A stretch of DNA of 41,305 bases from a virus: IMG/VR virus record IMGVR_UViG_3300021400_000038, positions 1-41,305 of that record; one strand, 5' to 3'. The stretch's first letter is position 1, and each line of letters starts with the position of its first letter. Shown here piece by piece: positions 11,201-15,956 of the stretch. Under the pieces are notes generated by a model, which was given only the letters and a program-made list of their open reading frames with translations, did not search any database and was not told the origin of the DNA. A program made the position numbers and the translations under genes.

Positions 11201-11223
11201 AATATAGCGGCTATGCGGCATAA
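2254..11223 (+). CDS. Giant 2,989-aa multi-module polyvalent-type protein. Probable packaged or ejected virion effector and structural protein.
   Basis: Uninterrupted 8,970-nt ORF after AAGGAG-N6-ATG. Gly/Ala-rich N-terminus. Four [AVI]RFS[RL] linkers at codons 719, 928, 1478 and 1666. An ART-like module. TM-like segment AVGALVGASMYQALIGLLFAAFL near the C-terminus. Confidence 0.9.
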   Translation: MATNKKKQENDLSIEDYLAALKEGNSDLNGQQEQVVTPPMAQVLPTVQATIPDHLTPTPLMTEEEKARARDALVRQLRPIANAIGVPLDNLLYGYMSRAEGIGDALANITGIFGNDDYKRKLQDFVAVDSTKDMFGGVPEAPFKSQFLQGVIQSIGGMGLDAVANVVAPGAGLASLGVGAAGKATEEAYNDGADYGRGTLYGIAQGATEVATEKLTGGMLDAVYGRGLLDGVTKSIARNTVGRAAKNMIEEGAEEVLSELASPLEKAIYKGGDALSEYGTGDYWKGVALAGAAGAVTSGIVGGATGQISNSRTAAELTNDAVTNIQKRATKDANGKLTAKGEAGLTAEIKADLEAAQKYLSKMSDSKRADFFAKNTGASAIFTEDGKIRPEFARKTWGGQSAAETANGAQAQNAGLSEGQKRYVPVNARYDGERATNAVKALQDALDKQGKGETAEIYSGELSSEQEETYAVAKRIVNNLNQTTGDDMALVVVGGENDFNALNEKNGNAILISEKTLAKTHGAVDALAKILFEEATHSTQSRNAIGQYTSAWYAALVHELATGNSATMEAITARLLADGNGYGFTQEMLEGLESKLDSKESMTAKEQELLDEIGAQTVGEILGGNKEIVEKYASNKNAAEKILGVFGKIKKALSRATNKTARAERARVERVEGMLLNALAEKGFTYQNGKVISARPPEEKENTAEAGENEAGENDEAVRFSRNVSLSEQIDQLLDGTFNSENTHIMVDNHTPSIFLEAGLSDKPILMAANKAKTAMGIEVKGKNLHEVSAETLKQLPKLLEKPVMMMDSTQKGRAVVFVNAKDASGNPVLCAIQIDGHGNYNDVEIDSNIVLSVYGKDVNPIGYIERAVDEGRMVYWNKKMSQELFETPGLQLPNNLKQLDSNTIIHKFGENVNPKNEKSSEENSGVRFSLSIGNDTVSGQVEETKNLVALHNLSEDKLLKVLDLGGFPMPSIAVTKPSIPHTGYGDITVVFGKETVDPSKDYRNKVYQRDAWTPTTPLVEVKLNEQKVQNAESKLRQSVEEVGVFGDDISRFFDQFRNNSGEYVISDYDFDANNLANKALNNAGMMAAYLSEKGERISPVYKDKVYFVGNIVMTRDELLSVAEKIGVNKDNIKVFQNAYDESTPEESELYKKAKNEIKRFYEEKMQKKYEKFGIDKKGIKEIDVGFHEFVDFADGLFREYRNGEQKEYDRYETADALKNRITDRIDFENWIMNELTDLEEQRGIRNDRDIFTSSGNRRNFDQLHDSYNIQNIIKNMLKGTQVGKGSFLGQNASSLAARLSDEFDSIKSIKEASGLLSDISEEQYKEATDKAYDMIKEVVAEIEAGKASEFSDFMTRQNDIMEMVGECALVRPLTAKGILESWKKQIRGYESLGYQFDLNTAKKLLDLFSVLQELPTRYFEAKPRRAVTFDEIKMVLLSADTSDKLINALEEKNIPYEIYGSTDEERSSVLQGMDDIRFSRAPQTDTEQFKRWFGDSKVVNEDGTPKVMYHGTKGDFTVFDRSRSGENYGGYNAAGGGFDFTDSERRARLWGAKAKGTGPVRVIPVYLKAEKTFYSYNGAVDPALEAILPEDLTEKERTDAMSNGATFHKVVSESGIDFAKEIQKFGYDSYAMYPGDENIAVYSPTQIKSATDNIGTFDPSNPDIRFSRGLNARVAANNTGEHVFSKKVAKAAIETIMESNLVFGDEYSTLRGTIRGKGRIIDELFYKLNRTQNKDYQRAVANSIADQIIDSTVLTETYSAFAEQDAANIEQAKRIAEMMSGYRHGIKFKNIEGDVKYAKDDRWAGYKLQWAAKEGDPIAISADQLVDAFDEIGVKIDAVNDAEIFMEAMRLYENARETINNAVYKVKLSEYGSEEELARLKKTISDEIMSVFENGGERSKFSKMVSRYTDQIKFMREMWKVSKKVSEIKLEGKRFASDTRSPQLNAATSLLKGMTRGSNLIPGRAREVCRNLAAWYSPENNLFKAAEGQTDEKGEEIKTNRFFNPQIREMMETIGNGEGGLTAAEITDLSHIMDFMANFAKTYKRVFQNGRYVDADTIVEADISLARRAKHGYARNAVVRFVQKTAEDYGMFVFDPATVARMADGYRNGFFTHLHEEMREAALQMAAVRYELQTAQSEFYKEHKGYAPEKRMVKVRGVEMPADFAISLYMTAKRKQSWLGLVQSGYRLFLEDGEVSAKALGEKDVDYSDEQLADIVKGFRSEIDRVLTDTDRAYIATVEGVLKRAGELKMERDIQRMGFTNATEDYYYPILRAHMAKNFDANLTLGKSGYFDTVTNLSMNKDTVKNNAELGIQSVNQVISRHIDQTAMYYGLSNMVDNFNMLSNLNLSDNPGKPETMLRTANESIFGKKAMQYFQKMLKDLEGVYYADPSEKRGIRLIDKLRSNAAVAAIAANPKVIATQFSSLFAGTAILSPRDLAKGITLTKVGKYSDVDKYSEVARLRNANLEAARAETITDKVGKIGEFGMRPVAATDRLVVQIEFGACQAYVERTQGLAIGTEENLVAAGKLLNRVINETQQGASLTERSAMARSSNPIYKGLAMFRNDAVKQIGRVIDGFGELGAIKEDLRTETDSAKIEELKGRQKTVRRKTAKAVGALVGASMYQALIGLLFAAFLNRLKDKDDDEIARDVVVDSVAGMFTGLPIISQSIEFFTDGYGVEDFTISSFNDLLQSTQDMGKVIGGKATEGEVKSAIRGAIYSGGKLLGIPTRNAYNYFYGTVNTINEYAGYQVHGLLYSDNYKSELYKALNDGNTDRAQMLGSLLVDSSFGGYSKATKDAIKPLVAAGYTVLPRTVGDSITYDGQEYKLTSRQKARFQKVYGQASAAVQKVVALQSYRKLSDEVKAKTIKRIYDMYYNLAIDDLLGTDTEDKTVLFSYAIDPDKLALIVAQAQSLQADTDKNGNAIAGSKKQKVVAYISGLKLTAAQKFMIMGYLGYRNAKGEEQVKAYINRLGALSKAEKKTLFEYSGYAA
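6678..6697 (+). repeat. 20-nt direct repeat tgatattcggttctcccgcg (encodes D-I-R-F-S-R), left boundary of the ART-like module.
   Basis: Identical 20-mer recurs at 7242-7261, exactly 564 nt (188 codons) downstream. Confidence 0.95.
6694..7248 (+). other. ADP-ribosyltransferase-like module (ART-PolyVal-like) inside the giant ORF, aa 1481-1665.
   Basis: FKRWFGDSKVVNEDGTPKVMYHGT..DFTVFD, then GGGFDFT, then DENIAVYSPTQIKSATDNIGTF. This fits the H / aromatic-x-T / E arrangement I recall for this family. No search was run. Confidence 0.5.
7242..7261 (+). repeat. 20-nt direct repeat tgatattcggttctcccgcg, right boundary of the ART-like module.
   Basis: Identical to 6678-6697. Confidence 0.95.
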
Positions 11224-11234
11224 AGAGGTGTCCT

Positions 11235-11456
11235 ATGAAAAAGGACTATTCTTTCCGATGCCGTGACGATTGGCTGTATCTGATCGAGCAATGGATTTTG
11301 AACGAGCGGCACCGAATGATCATCAAACGCAGGATCATAGACGGCGTAACGCTGGAAGAACTTGCGGGAGAATTTGATTATTCGGTGTCGAATATAAAGA
11401 ACATTGTGTATGCCTGTGAAAAGAAACTCATCGAAGAAGCAATGAAATTGAAATAA
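11235..11456 (+). CDS. Small DNA-binding protein of 73 aa with a sigma-70 region-4-like HTH. Possible late-gene regulator.
   Basis: AGAGGTG RBS. ...IIDGVTLEELAGEFDYSVSNIKNIVYACEKKL resembles region-4 / UPF0122-type HTH proteins. Confidence 0.55.
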   Translation: MKKDYSFRCRDDWLYLIEQWILNERHRMIIKRRIIDGVTLEELAGEFDYSVSNIKNIVYACEKKLIEEAMKLK

Positions 11457-11461
11457 GCCTT

Positions 11462-11489
11462 GGGGCTGTCATTTGACAGCCCCTTTTTT
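11462..11489 (+). terminator. Rho-independent terminator ending the late operon.
   Basis: 9-bp stem GGGGCTGTC/GACAGCCCC, 4-nt loop, followed by TTTTTT. Confidence 0.85.
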
Positions 11490-11516
11490 ATGTCCAAAAA
11501 CTGTCCAAAAGATAGC

Positions 11517-11548
11517 CGGAACCTGACTTTTGAAAGGTTCCGTTTTTT
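11517..11548 (+). terminator. Second, tandem rho-independent terminator.
   Basis: 8-bp stem CGGAACCT/AGGTTCCG, 10-nt loop, followed by TTTTTT. Confidence 0.7.
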
Positions 11549-11564
11549 GGTATCATGGTATCAG
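11548..11564 (+). promoter_or_regulatory. Candidate extended -10 promoter(s) for the 11589-14344 module.
   Basis: TGGTATCAT immediately followed by TGGTATCAG (duplicated TGnTATCA- motif). The TTGAAA upstream has only 15-nt spacing. Confidence 0.3.
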
Positions 11565-11588
11565 AAAAGGGAAAGCGGGTGATAGACC

Positions 11589-11975
11589 ATGTGGCAAGCA
11601 TACAACCCGAACCCCGTAGGGCGTTCGGTTGGAGATTGTGCCGTCCGCGCGTTGGCAAAGGCGTTGGATACAGATTGGGAAACTGCCTATGCAAAGATCG
11701 CGGCGGCAGGGTTCAATATGGGAGATATGCCGTCGAGCAATTCCGTCTGGGGCGCGGTTCTTCGGCAGAATGGATTTTATCGGGAGAATATTCCTAACGA
11801 ATGCCCTGACTGCTATACCGCCGAAGATTTTTTGAACGATCACCCGAAAGGCACGTATGTTCTTTCGTTCGATGGACACGCAGCCACTGCGATAGATGGC
11901 ATCCTTTACGACAGTTGGGACTCCAGCGGGGAAATACCCCAATTTTATTGGTATAGAAAGGAAGAAGAAAGATGA
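11589..11975 (+). CDS. 128-aa protein with a possible papain-fold cysteine-peptidase signature (Cys-His-Asp). Function uncertain.
   Basis: GDC(17)AVRALA early, then FDGH(96)AATAIDG..YDSWD late. First gene after the tandem terminators. Confidence 0.6.
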   Translation: MWQAYNPNPVGRSVGDCAVRALAKALDTDWETAYAKIAAAGFNMGDMPSSNSVWGAVLRQNGFYRENIPNECPDCYTAEDFLNDHPKGTYVLSFDGHAATAIDGILYDSWDSSGEIPQFYWYRKEEER

Positions 11976-12316
11976 ACGGTTACTATCAGCAGCCACAGCC
12001 ATTCCAGAACGGAGGCATCGTCCGTGTTCGCAACGAGGCAGAAGCACGGGACTATCCTGTCGCACCGGGCAACAGCGTGATCTTAATTGACAACAGCGTC
12101 CCGTACCTCTACGTCAAGACCATGTCCTACTCCCAACTCGATCCGCCTCGCTTTGAGAAGTTCCGGCTTGTCCGGGAAGAACAGCCCGCACCGCAGGCTC
12201 CGGCACAGCCCGTTGAGTATGTCACGCGGGCGGACTTCGAGGCACTCAAAGCAGAGATCGAGAAACTGAAAGCCCCTGTAAAGGAGGAGCAGACAGATGA
12301 ACAACGCACCGTTTAA
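11972..12316 (+). CDS. Hypothetical protein, 114 aa. Pro/Gln-rich linker and a C-terminal coiled-coil-like tail.
   Basis: ATGA start/stop overlap with the upstream gene, indicating operon packing. Confidence 0.6.
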   Translation: MNGYYQQPQPFQNGGIVRVRNEAEARDYPVAPGNSVILIDNSVPYLYVKTMSYSQLDPPRFEKFRLVREEQPAPQAPAQPVEYVTRADFEALKAEIEKLKAPVKEEQTDEQRTV

Positions 12317-12545
12317 CATCAACGCCATTATGGGACAATTCCAACAGTTCATGCAGAACCCCGCCGGGTTCCTTGCCCAGCATCGACTGAACATTCCCCA
12401 GGGGTTGCAGAACAACCCGGCAGGGGCGATCCAGTATCTGCTCAACAACGGGGCCATGTCCCAGGATCAGTACAACCAACTGCGGCAGATGGCAGAGCAG
12501 GTTCAGCAAAACCCGCAGTTCATGCAGATGTTCGGTCGCAGATAA
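12297..12545 (+). CDS. Hypothetical Gln/Asn-rich 82-aa protein with repeated QNP/NNP motifs.
   Basis: AGGAGGAG-N7-ATG. FQQFMQNPAGF...LQNNPAGA...QQNPQFMQMF. Confidence 0.6.
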   Translation: MNNAPFNINAIMGQFQQFMQNPAGFLAQHRLNIPQGLQNNPAGAIQYLLNNGAMSQDQYNQLRQMAEQVQQNPQFMQMFGRR

Positions 12546-12611
12546 TTTGGTACCAACTTTCCGGCGCGCAGAAAGTTTGTATAAATATTCAAAACAAAGG
12601 AGTACAAAACC

Positions 12612-13415
12612 ATGAATGAAAATGGCACTTCTACCGTGATGCCGGTCGCTCCCGTTGGCTATAACTACGGTTATGGCAATGGCGGTGGGTTTGGCGGTTT
12701 TGGCGGCGATTGGGGCGCATTGATTGTTCTGTTCCTGTTTGCATCTATGTTTGGTGGCGGCATGGGTATGGGCGGTTTCGGTGGCTTTGGGGGCGGTATG
12801 TTCCCCTGGCTCCTCGCCTCAAACGCCAACAACCAGAACGCAACGCAGGCGGGATTTGATCAGGCGGCTACCGCTGGAACGCTCGCCGGTATTCAGAACT
12901 CTATCACGACCGGGTTCTCCAGTGCAGAGGTTGCGGCTTGCAACAGAGCGATGGCTGATCTCAACCGCTCGTTCGACGCGCAGACCGCGACCACACAGGC
13001 TCTCAACGGCATTCAGAGCCAACTCGCCCAATGTTGCTGCGACAACCGGGCGGCGGTTGCGGATCTGAAATACACCGTTGCGACCGAGGCTTGCGCTGAC
13101 CGCAACGCGATCAGCAACGCTCTCCGCGATGTTCTCACCGCGAACACCGCTTCCACCCAGCGCATTCTCGACCAACTCTGCAACGACAAAATCGACGCAA
13201 AGAACGAGAAGATCGCCGATCTGGAACGGCAACTCACGATGGCGAACCTCGCCGCGTCGCAGGGCGCGCAGACCGCCCGCATTCTTGCGGACAACGCCGC
13301 TCAGACTTCCGCTCTGGAACAGTACCTCGCTCCCACGCCTCGTCCGGCCTGGATCGTCCAGAACCCGAACTGCTGCCCTCCGAACTACGGCTGCGGCTGT
13401 GGCGGCGTAGCGTAA
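12612..13415 (+). CDS. Gly-rich membrane-anchored protein of 267 aa with a long Ala/Gln-rich helical region and a Cys-rich C-terminus.
   Basis: AAGGAG RBS. GNGGGFGGFGGDWGALIVLFLFASMFGGGMGMGGFGGFGGG. Internal QCCCDN, EACADRN and QLCNDK. C-terminal NPNCCPPNYGCGCGG. Confidence 0.75.
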   Translation: MNENGTSTVMPVAPVGYNYGYGNGGGFGGFGGDWGALIVLFLFASMFGGGMGMGGFGGFGGGMFPWLLASNANNQNATQAGFDQAATAGTLAGIQNSITTGFSSAEVAACNRAMADLNRSFDAQTATTQALNGIQSQLAQCCCDNRAAVADLKYTVATEACADRNAISNALRDVLTANTASTQRILDQLCNDKIDAKNEKIADLERQLTMANLAASQGAQTARILADNAAQTSALEQYLAPTPRPAWIVQNPNCCPPNYGCGCGGVA

Positions 13416-13427
13416 GGAGGGACGATC

Positions 13428-13886
13428 ATGGCGGAATATCTTGCGAACGCTATTCAGGAAGTGGCACTCAACTCGCCCATCCTGTTCACCGCATCCATCC
13501 CTTGCCTTCGCGGGTTTGTTTACCACGAGGACGAAACCGGGATCTTTATTCTGCGTGGGATCGTCAACAATCCTTCCTGCGGCTTTACTCGCTATCGCGT
13601 CACCTTTAACGGCAACATTGCAATTCCCGAAGGCGGAACCGCCGGTCCGATTGCGGTTGCATTGACCGTGAACGGCGAACCGAGATTGACGAGCAGAGCG
13701 ATCATCACGCCTGCGGCGGTCGATGAATACGGCAACGTCACAAGCACCGCGATCATCACCGTTCCCCGCGGATGTTGTTTCAGCCTCTCCGTGCGCTCGG
13801 TTCCGGCTACGACTGACGCGACCGTTGACCCCGCGCCCGTGATCGAGGTGCAGAACGCGAACCTTGTCATTGACAGGGTTTCGTGA
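13428..13886 (+). CDS. 152-aa protein resembling a stand-alone C1q/TNF-like jelly-roll (BclA C-terminal-domain-like).
   Basis: AAGGAGG RBS. The strand pattern GIFILRG...YRVTFNGNIAIP...IAVALTVNGEP...TSTAIITVP...FSLSVRS...ANLVIDRV recalls BclA-C type domains. Recollection only, no search run. Confidence 0.65.
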   Translation: MAEYLANAIQEVALNSPILFTASIPCLRGFVYHEDETGIFILRGIVNNPSCGFTRYRVTFNGNIAIPEGGTAGPIAVALTVNGEPRLTSRAIITPAAVDEYGNVTSTAIITVPRGCCFSLSVRSVPATTDATVDPAPVIEVQNANLVIDRVS

Positions 13887-13903
13887 GGAAGGAGGAAAAA
13901 ACG

Positions 13904-14344
13904 ATGCACACCGAATTTCTTTACAAACTGAAAGAGAAACTCCTGGAAGAGTTGGAAAAATACTCGAAAGGGGAAATGTCAACCTCTACCTTGCAGTACG
14001 TTGACACTCTTTCCCACGCCGCGAAAAACATCTGCAAACTCATTGAGGCAAGCGAGATGGAAGAATACAGCGGAGCCGACGGCGGGTCTTATGATGGAGA
14101 GTCGTATCGGGGTTCCTACGCGAGAGGAATGTCCAGACGCGGCGGCTCGTATGCTATGAGCCGCGCGGATGGTGGCTCGTCTTACAGACGCAGACGGGAC
14201 AGCATGGGCAGATACTCCCGTGAAGGCGGGTACTCCCGGAACGATGAAATGATCTCCGAGTTGCGCGAAATGATGGAAGGCGCTCCCGACGATCGGACGC
14301 GCGAAGACTTCCAACGCCTGATCTCCAAAATGGAGCAGATGTAA
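13904..14344 (+). CDS. 146-aa protein with helical ends and a central Ser/Arg/Tyr/Gly-rich low-complexity region.
   Basis: AGGAGG-N8-ATG at 13904 is preferred over the upstream GTG at 13883. SYDGESYRGSYARGMSRRGGSYAMSRADGGSSYRRRRDSMGRYSREGGYSR. Confidence 0.65.
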   Translation: MHTEFLYKLKEKLLEELEKYSKGEMSTSTLQYVDTLSHAAKNICKLIEASEMEEYSGADGGSYDGESYRGSYARGMSRRGGSYAMSRADGGSSYRRRRDSMGRYSREGGYSRNDEMISELREMMEGAPDDRTREDFQRLISKMEQM

Positions 14345-14360
14345 CCATCCCGAAAGGGGA

Positions 14361-14390
14361 GAGCCGGGGCAATCGTCCCGGCTCTTTTTT
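14361..14390 (+). terminator. Rho-independent terminator ending the accessory module.
   Basis: Stem GAGCCGGG/CCCGGCTC, 8-nt loop, then TTTTTT. Confidence 0.8.
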
Positions 14391-14401
14391 ATGCTCGGCA
14401 C

Positions 14402-14425
14402 ATTAGGCACAAAATTAGGCACAAA
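14402..14425 (+). repeat. Tandem 12-mer ATTAGGCACAAA x2 (candidate integrase arm-type sites, P arm).
   Basis: Read directly. The same 11-mer core recurs at 14609-14630. Confidence 0.8.
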
Positions 14426-14490
14426 TAACCGTGCTAAATCGTTGCGAAACCGTGCTGTTTCTGTGCTTTATTGTGCAAGTCCTACAAGGC

Positions 14491-14539
14491 GGAAACAAAA
14501 ATAAGGGTAAATTTGTGTATATTATACACAAATTTACCC
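14491..14539 (-). terminator. Perfect 17-bp inverted repeat (1-nt centre, 14505-14539) followed on the - strand by TTATTTTTGTTT. Candidate terminator for the tRNA reconstituted after integration.
   Basis: GGGTAAATTTGTGTATA-T-TATACACAAATTTACCC. The - strand downstream sequence is T-rich. It sits 3 nt from the CCA-like end of the putative core. Confidence 0.5.
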
Positions 14540-14608
14540 TTCTGGCGGAGAAGGAGAGAAATTACAGGATTGCCGTTTCAAGGCTTAAACAAGCCTTTTT
14601 TGGTTTTG

Positions 14609-14630
14609 TTAGGCACAAATTAGGCACAAA
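14609..14630 (+). repeat. Tandem 11-mer TTAGGCACAAA x2 (candidate arm-type sites, P' arm).
   Basis: Read directly. Same orientation as the 14402-14425 pair. Confidence 0.8.
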
Positions 14631-14635
14631 GTTTC

Positions 14636-15712
14636 TCAAAAATGCACCGAATTGAGGGCGTTCATCAGCACGATTTCATCGGTCGGCATCATGTGGGAAT
14701 AGGTCTGCAACGTCTGCTGCACGGTGGAGTGTCCGAGGCGTTTTGATACCGCCGTGATCGGAACACCGTGGGAGATCAGCAGGGAAGCGTGGCTGTGCCG
14801 AAGGTCATGCACCCGGATCTCCTGAACGCCCGCTTTCTTTGCGTCCGAATGAAGGTGCCTTCTGATCGCCTCTGTCAGGATCGGGCGGTCGCCGCCGAAC
14901 ACATAGTCCCCGGCGGCAGTCTTTTTGTACTCTTTCAGTTCGTCCACGAGGATGTCAGGCATCGGGATCGTCCGAACGCTGGATTGGTTTTTCGGGGCCG
15001 TGATGGCGAATTGCTCGGCGGTCTTGACCGTCAGGCTCTTATTGATCCGAACGGTCTTTGTGTTCAGGTCAACGTCGCTCCATTGCAGGGCAAGCCCTTC
15101 TCCCCGGCGGCACCCGGTAAAGTAGAGGAAAATATAGAACATCCGATAGACCGCGTCCGGCTCCTGTTCCATGGCCAGGAAAAACTCGCGCGGCTCCCAG
15201 ACCTTCATTTCCTCTTTGCGCTCGGTGTTGCGCGGCGGCTTGATCTTCCGCATGAAGTCCGAGGTTTCGTAGTAGTCCATACCGTAGTAACAGACGGCTT
15301 TCAGCAGGCGGAACAGCCCTATTTTGTAGTCGAACGACAGACCGTTGATGGACTCCAACCATTTCTGGATGACTGCCGGTTTTGCGTCGGCGATCTTGAC
15401 GGTTTCAAAGAATGGGATGATCCGCTTTTCCGCCTTGCTCTTTTCGGTCAGGAAGGACGACTCGCGGTTCCTGCTCTTTTGGTATTCAAGGTATCTTCGC
15501 GTGAGTTCCGCGACCGTTGTCTGGTCCGGCGCGGCTTTCTGCGCTGCCTTGCGTTCCTCGGCGGACTTGATATAGTCCTCATAGGCGAACTGCGCCTCAC
15601 GTTTTGTCTTATAGCCGGACAGCCGTTTCTGGTGGATCTCATTGTCCGCGCCCATTTCCCGGAACCGGCACGACCACAGCCCGGATGCGGCATTCTTTTC
15701 GTAGGATGGCAT
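14636..15712 (-). CDS. int: Tyrosine recombinase / phage integrase.
   Basis: GCRRGEGLAL (Arg I), IRVHDLRHSHASLLI (H-x-x-R box), LGHSTVQQTLQTYSHM (catalytic Tyr). GGAG-N5-ATG at 15712 is preferred over the TTG at 15736. Confidence 0.9.
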   Translation of the reverse strand: MPSYEKNAASGLWSCRFREMGADNEIHQKRLSGYKTKREAQFAYEDYIKSAEERKAAQKAAPDQTTVAELTRRYLEYQKSRNRESSFLTEKSKAEKRIIPFFETVKIADAKPAVIQKWLESINGLSFDYKIGLFRLLKAVCYYGMDYYETSDFMRKIKPPRNTERKEEMKVWEPREFFLAMEQEPDAVYRMFYIFLYFTGCRRGEGLALQWSDVDLNTKTVRINKSLTVKTAEQFAITAPKNQSSVRTIPMPDILVDELKEYKKTAAGDYVFGGDRPILTEAIRRHLHSDAKKAGVQEIRVHDLRHSHASLLISHGVPITAVSKRLGHSTVQQTLQTYSHMMPTDEIVLMNALNSVHF

Positions 15713-15729
15713 TTCTGCTCCGATCTCTA

Positions 15730-15758
15730 TTGACAAAAGAACCTTTTTGTGCTATCAT
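15730..15758 (+). promoter_or_regulatory. Sigma-70-type promoter for the small toxin-like gene.
   Basis: TTGACA (15730-15735), 17-nt spacer, TATCAT (15753-15758). Confidence 0.55.
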
Positions 15759-15869
15759 AATAGCGGTGGATCTTCCACCCAGAGGAAGCCATAACGGTGG
15801 CGGCTCTCCCTCTTTTATAGAGGGACGATCTTTTTCTCCCTCTATTTCACAATGGAGGGAGGTGATACC

Positions 15870-15956
15870 ATGGTTTACATCACATGGCAGGATGCTTTGC
15901 AGATTGCCACTCTTGTACTTGCCATTATCGCTTGTTTTCGCAACAAAAAGAGATAA
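15870..15956 (+). CDS. 28-aa hydrophobic peptide MVYITWQDALQIATLVLAIIACFRNKKR. Candidate type I toxin (holin-like toxin type).
   Basis: Not in the ORF track because it is under 60 aa. Strong SD GGAGGGAGGTG, then 7 nt, then ATG. One TM helix plus a basic tail. The SD can pair with upstream CTCCCTC (15836-15842). Confidence 0.55.
   Translation: MVYITWQDALQIATLVLAIIACFRNKKR

Larger units (their letters stand above)
14400..14635. other. Probable attP region. Two pairs of direct arm-type repeats flank a 35-nt palindrome and a tRNA-3'-end-like putative core.
   Basis: Lies immediately downstream of the int stop. ATTAGGCACAAA x2 at 14402-14425 and TTAGGCACAAA x2 at 14609-14630. TGGCGGAGAAGGAGAGA at 14543-14559. 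Confidence 0.55.

Noticed and set aside
14543-14559. Possible complete tRNA gene.
   Set aside because: Only 17 nt (T-stem 3' strand, acceptor strand, discriminator and CCA) look tRNA-like. No T-loop, anticodon arm or D-arm follows. I treat it as an att core fragment, not a gene.
14431-14655. 74-aa + strand ORF in the int-proximal intergenic region.
   Set aside because: It has a GTG start without an RBS. It runs through the palindrome, the tRNA-like core, a terminator hairpin and the arm repeats. The region is better explained as attP.
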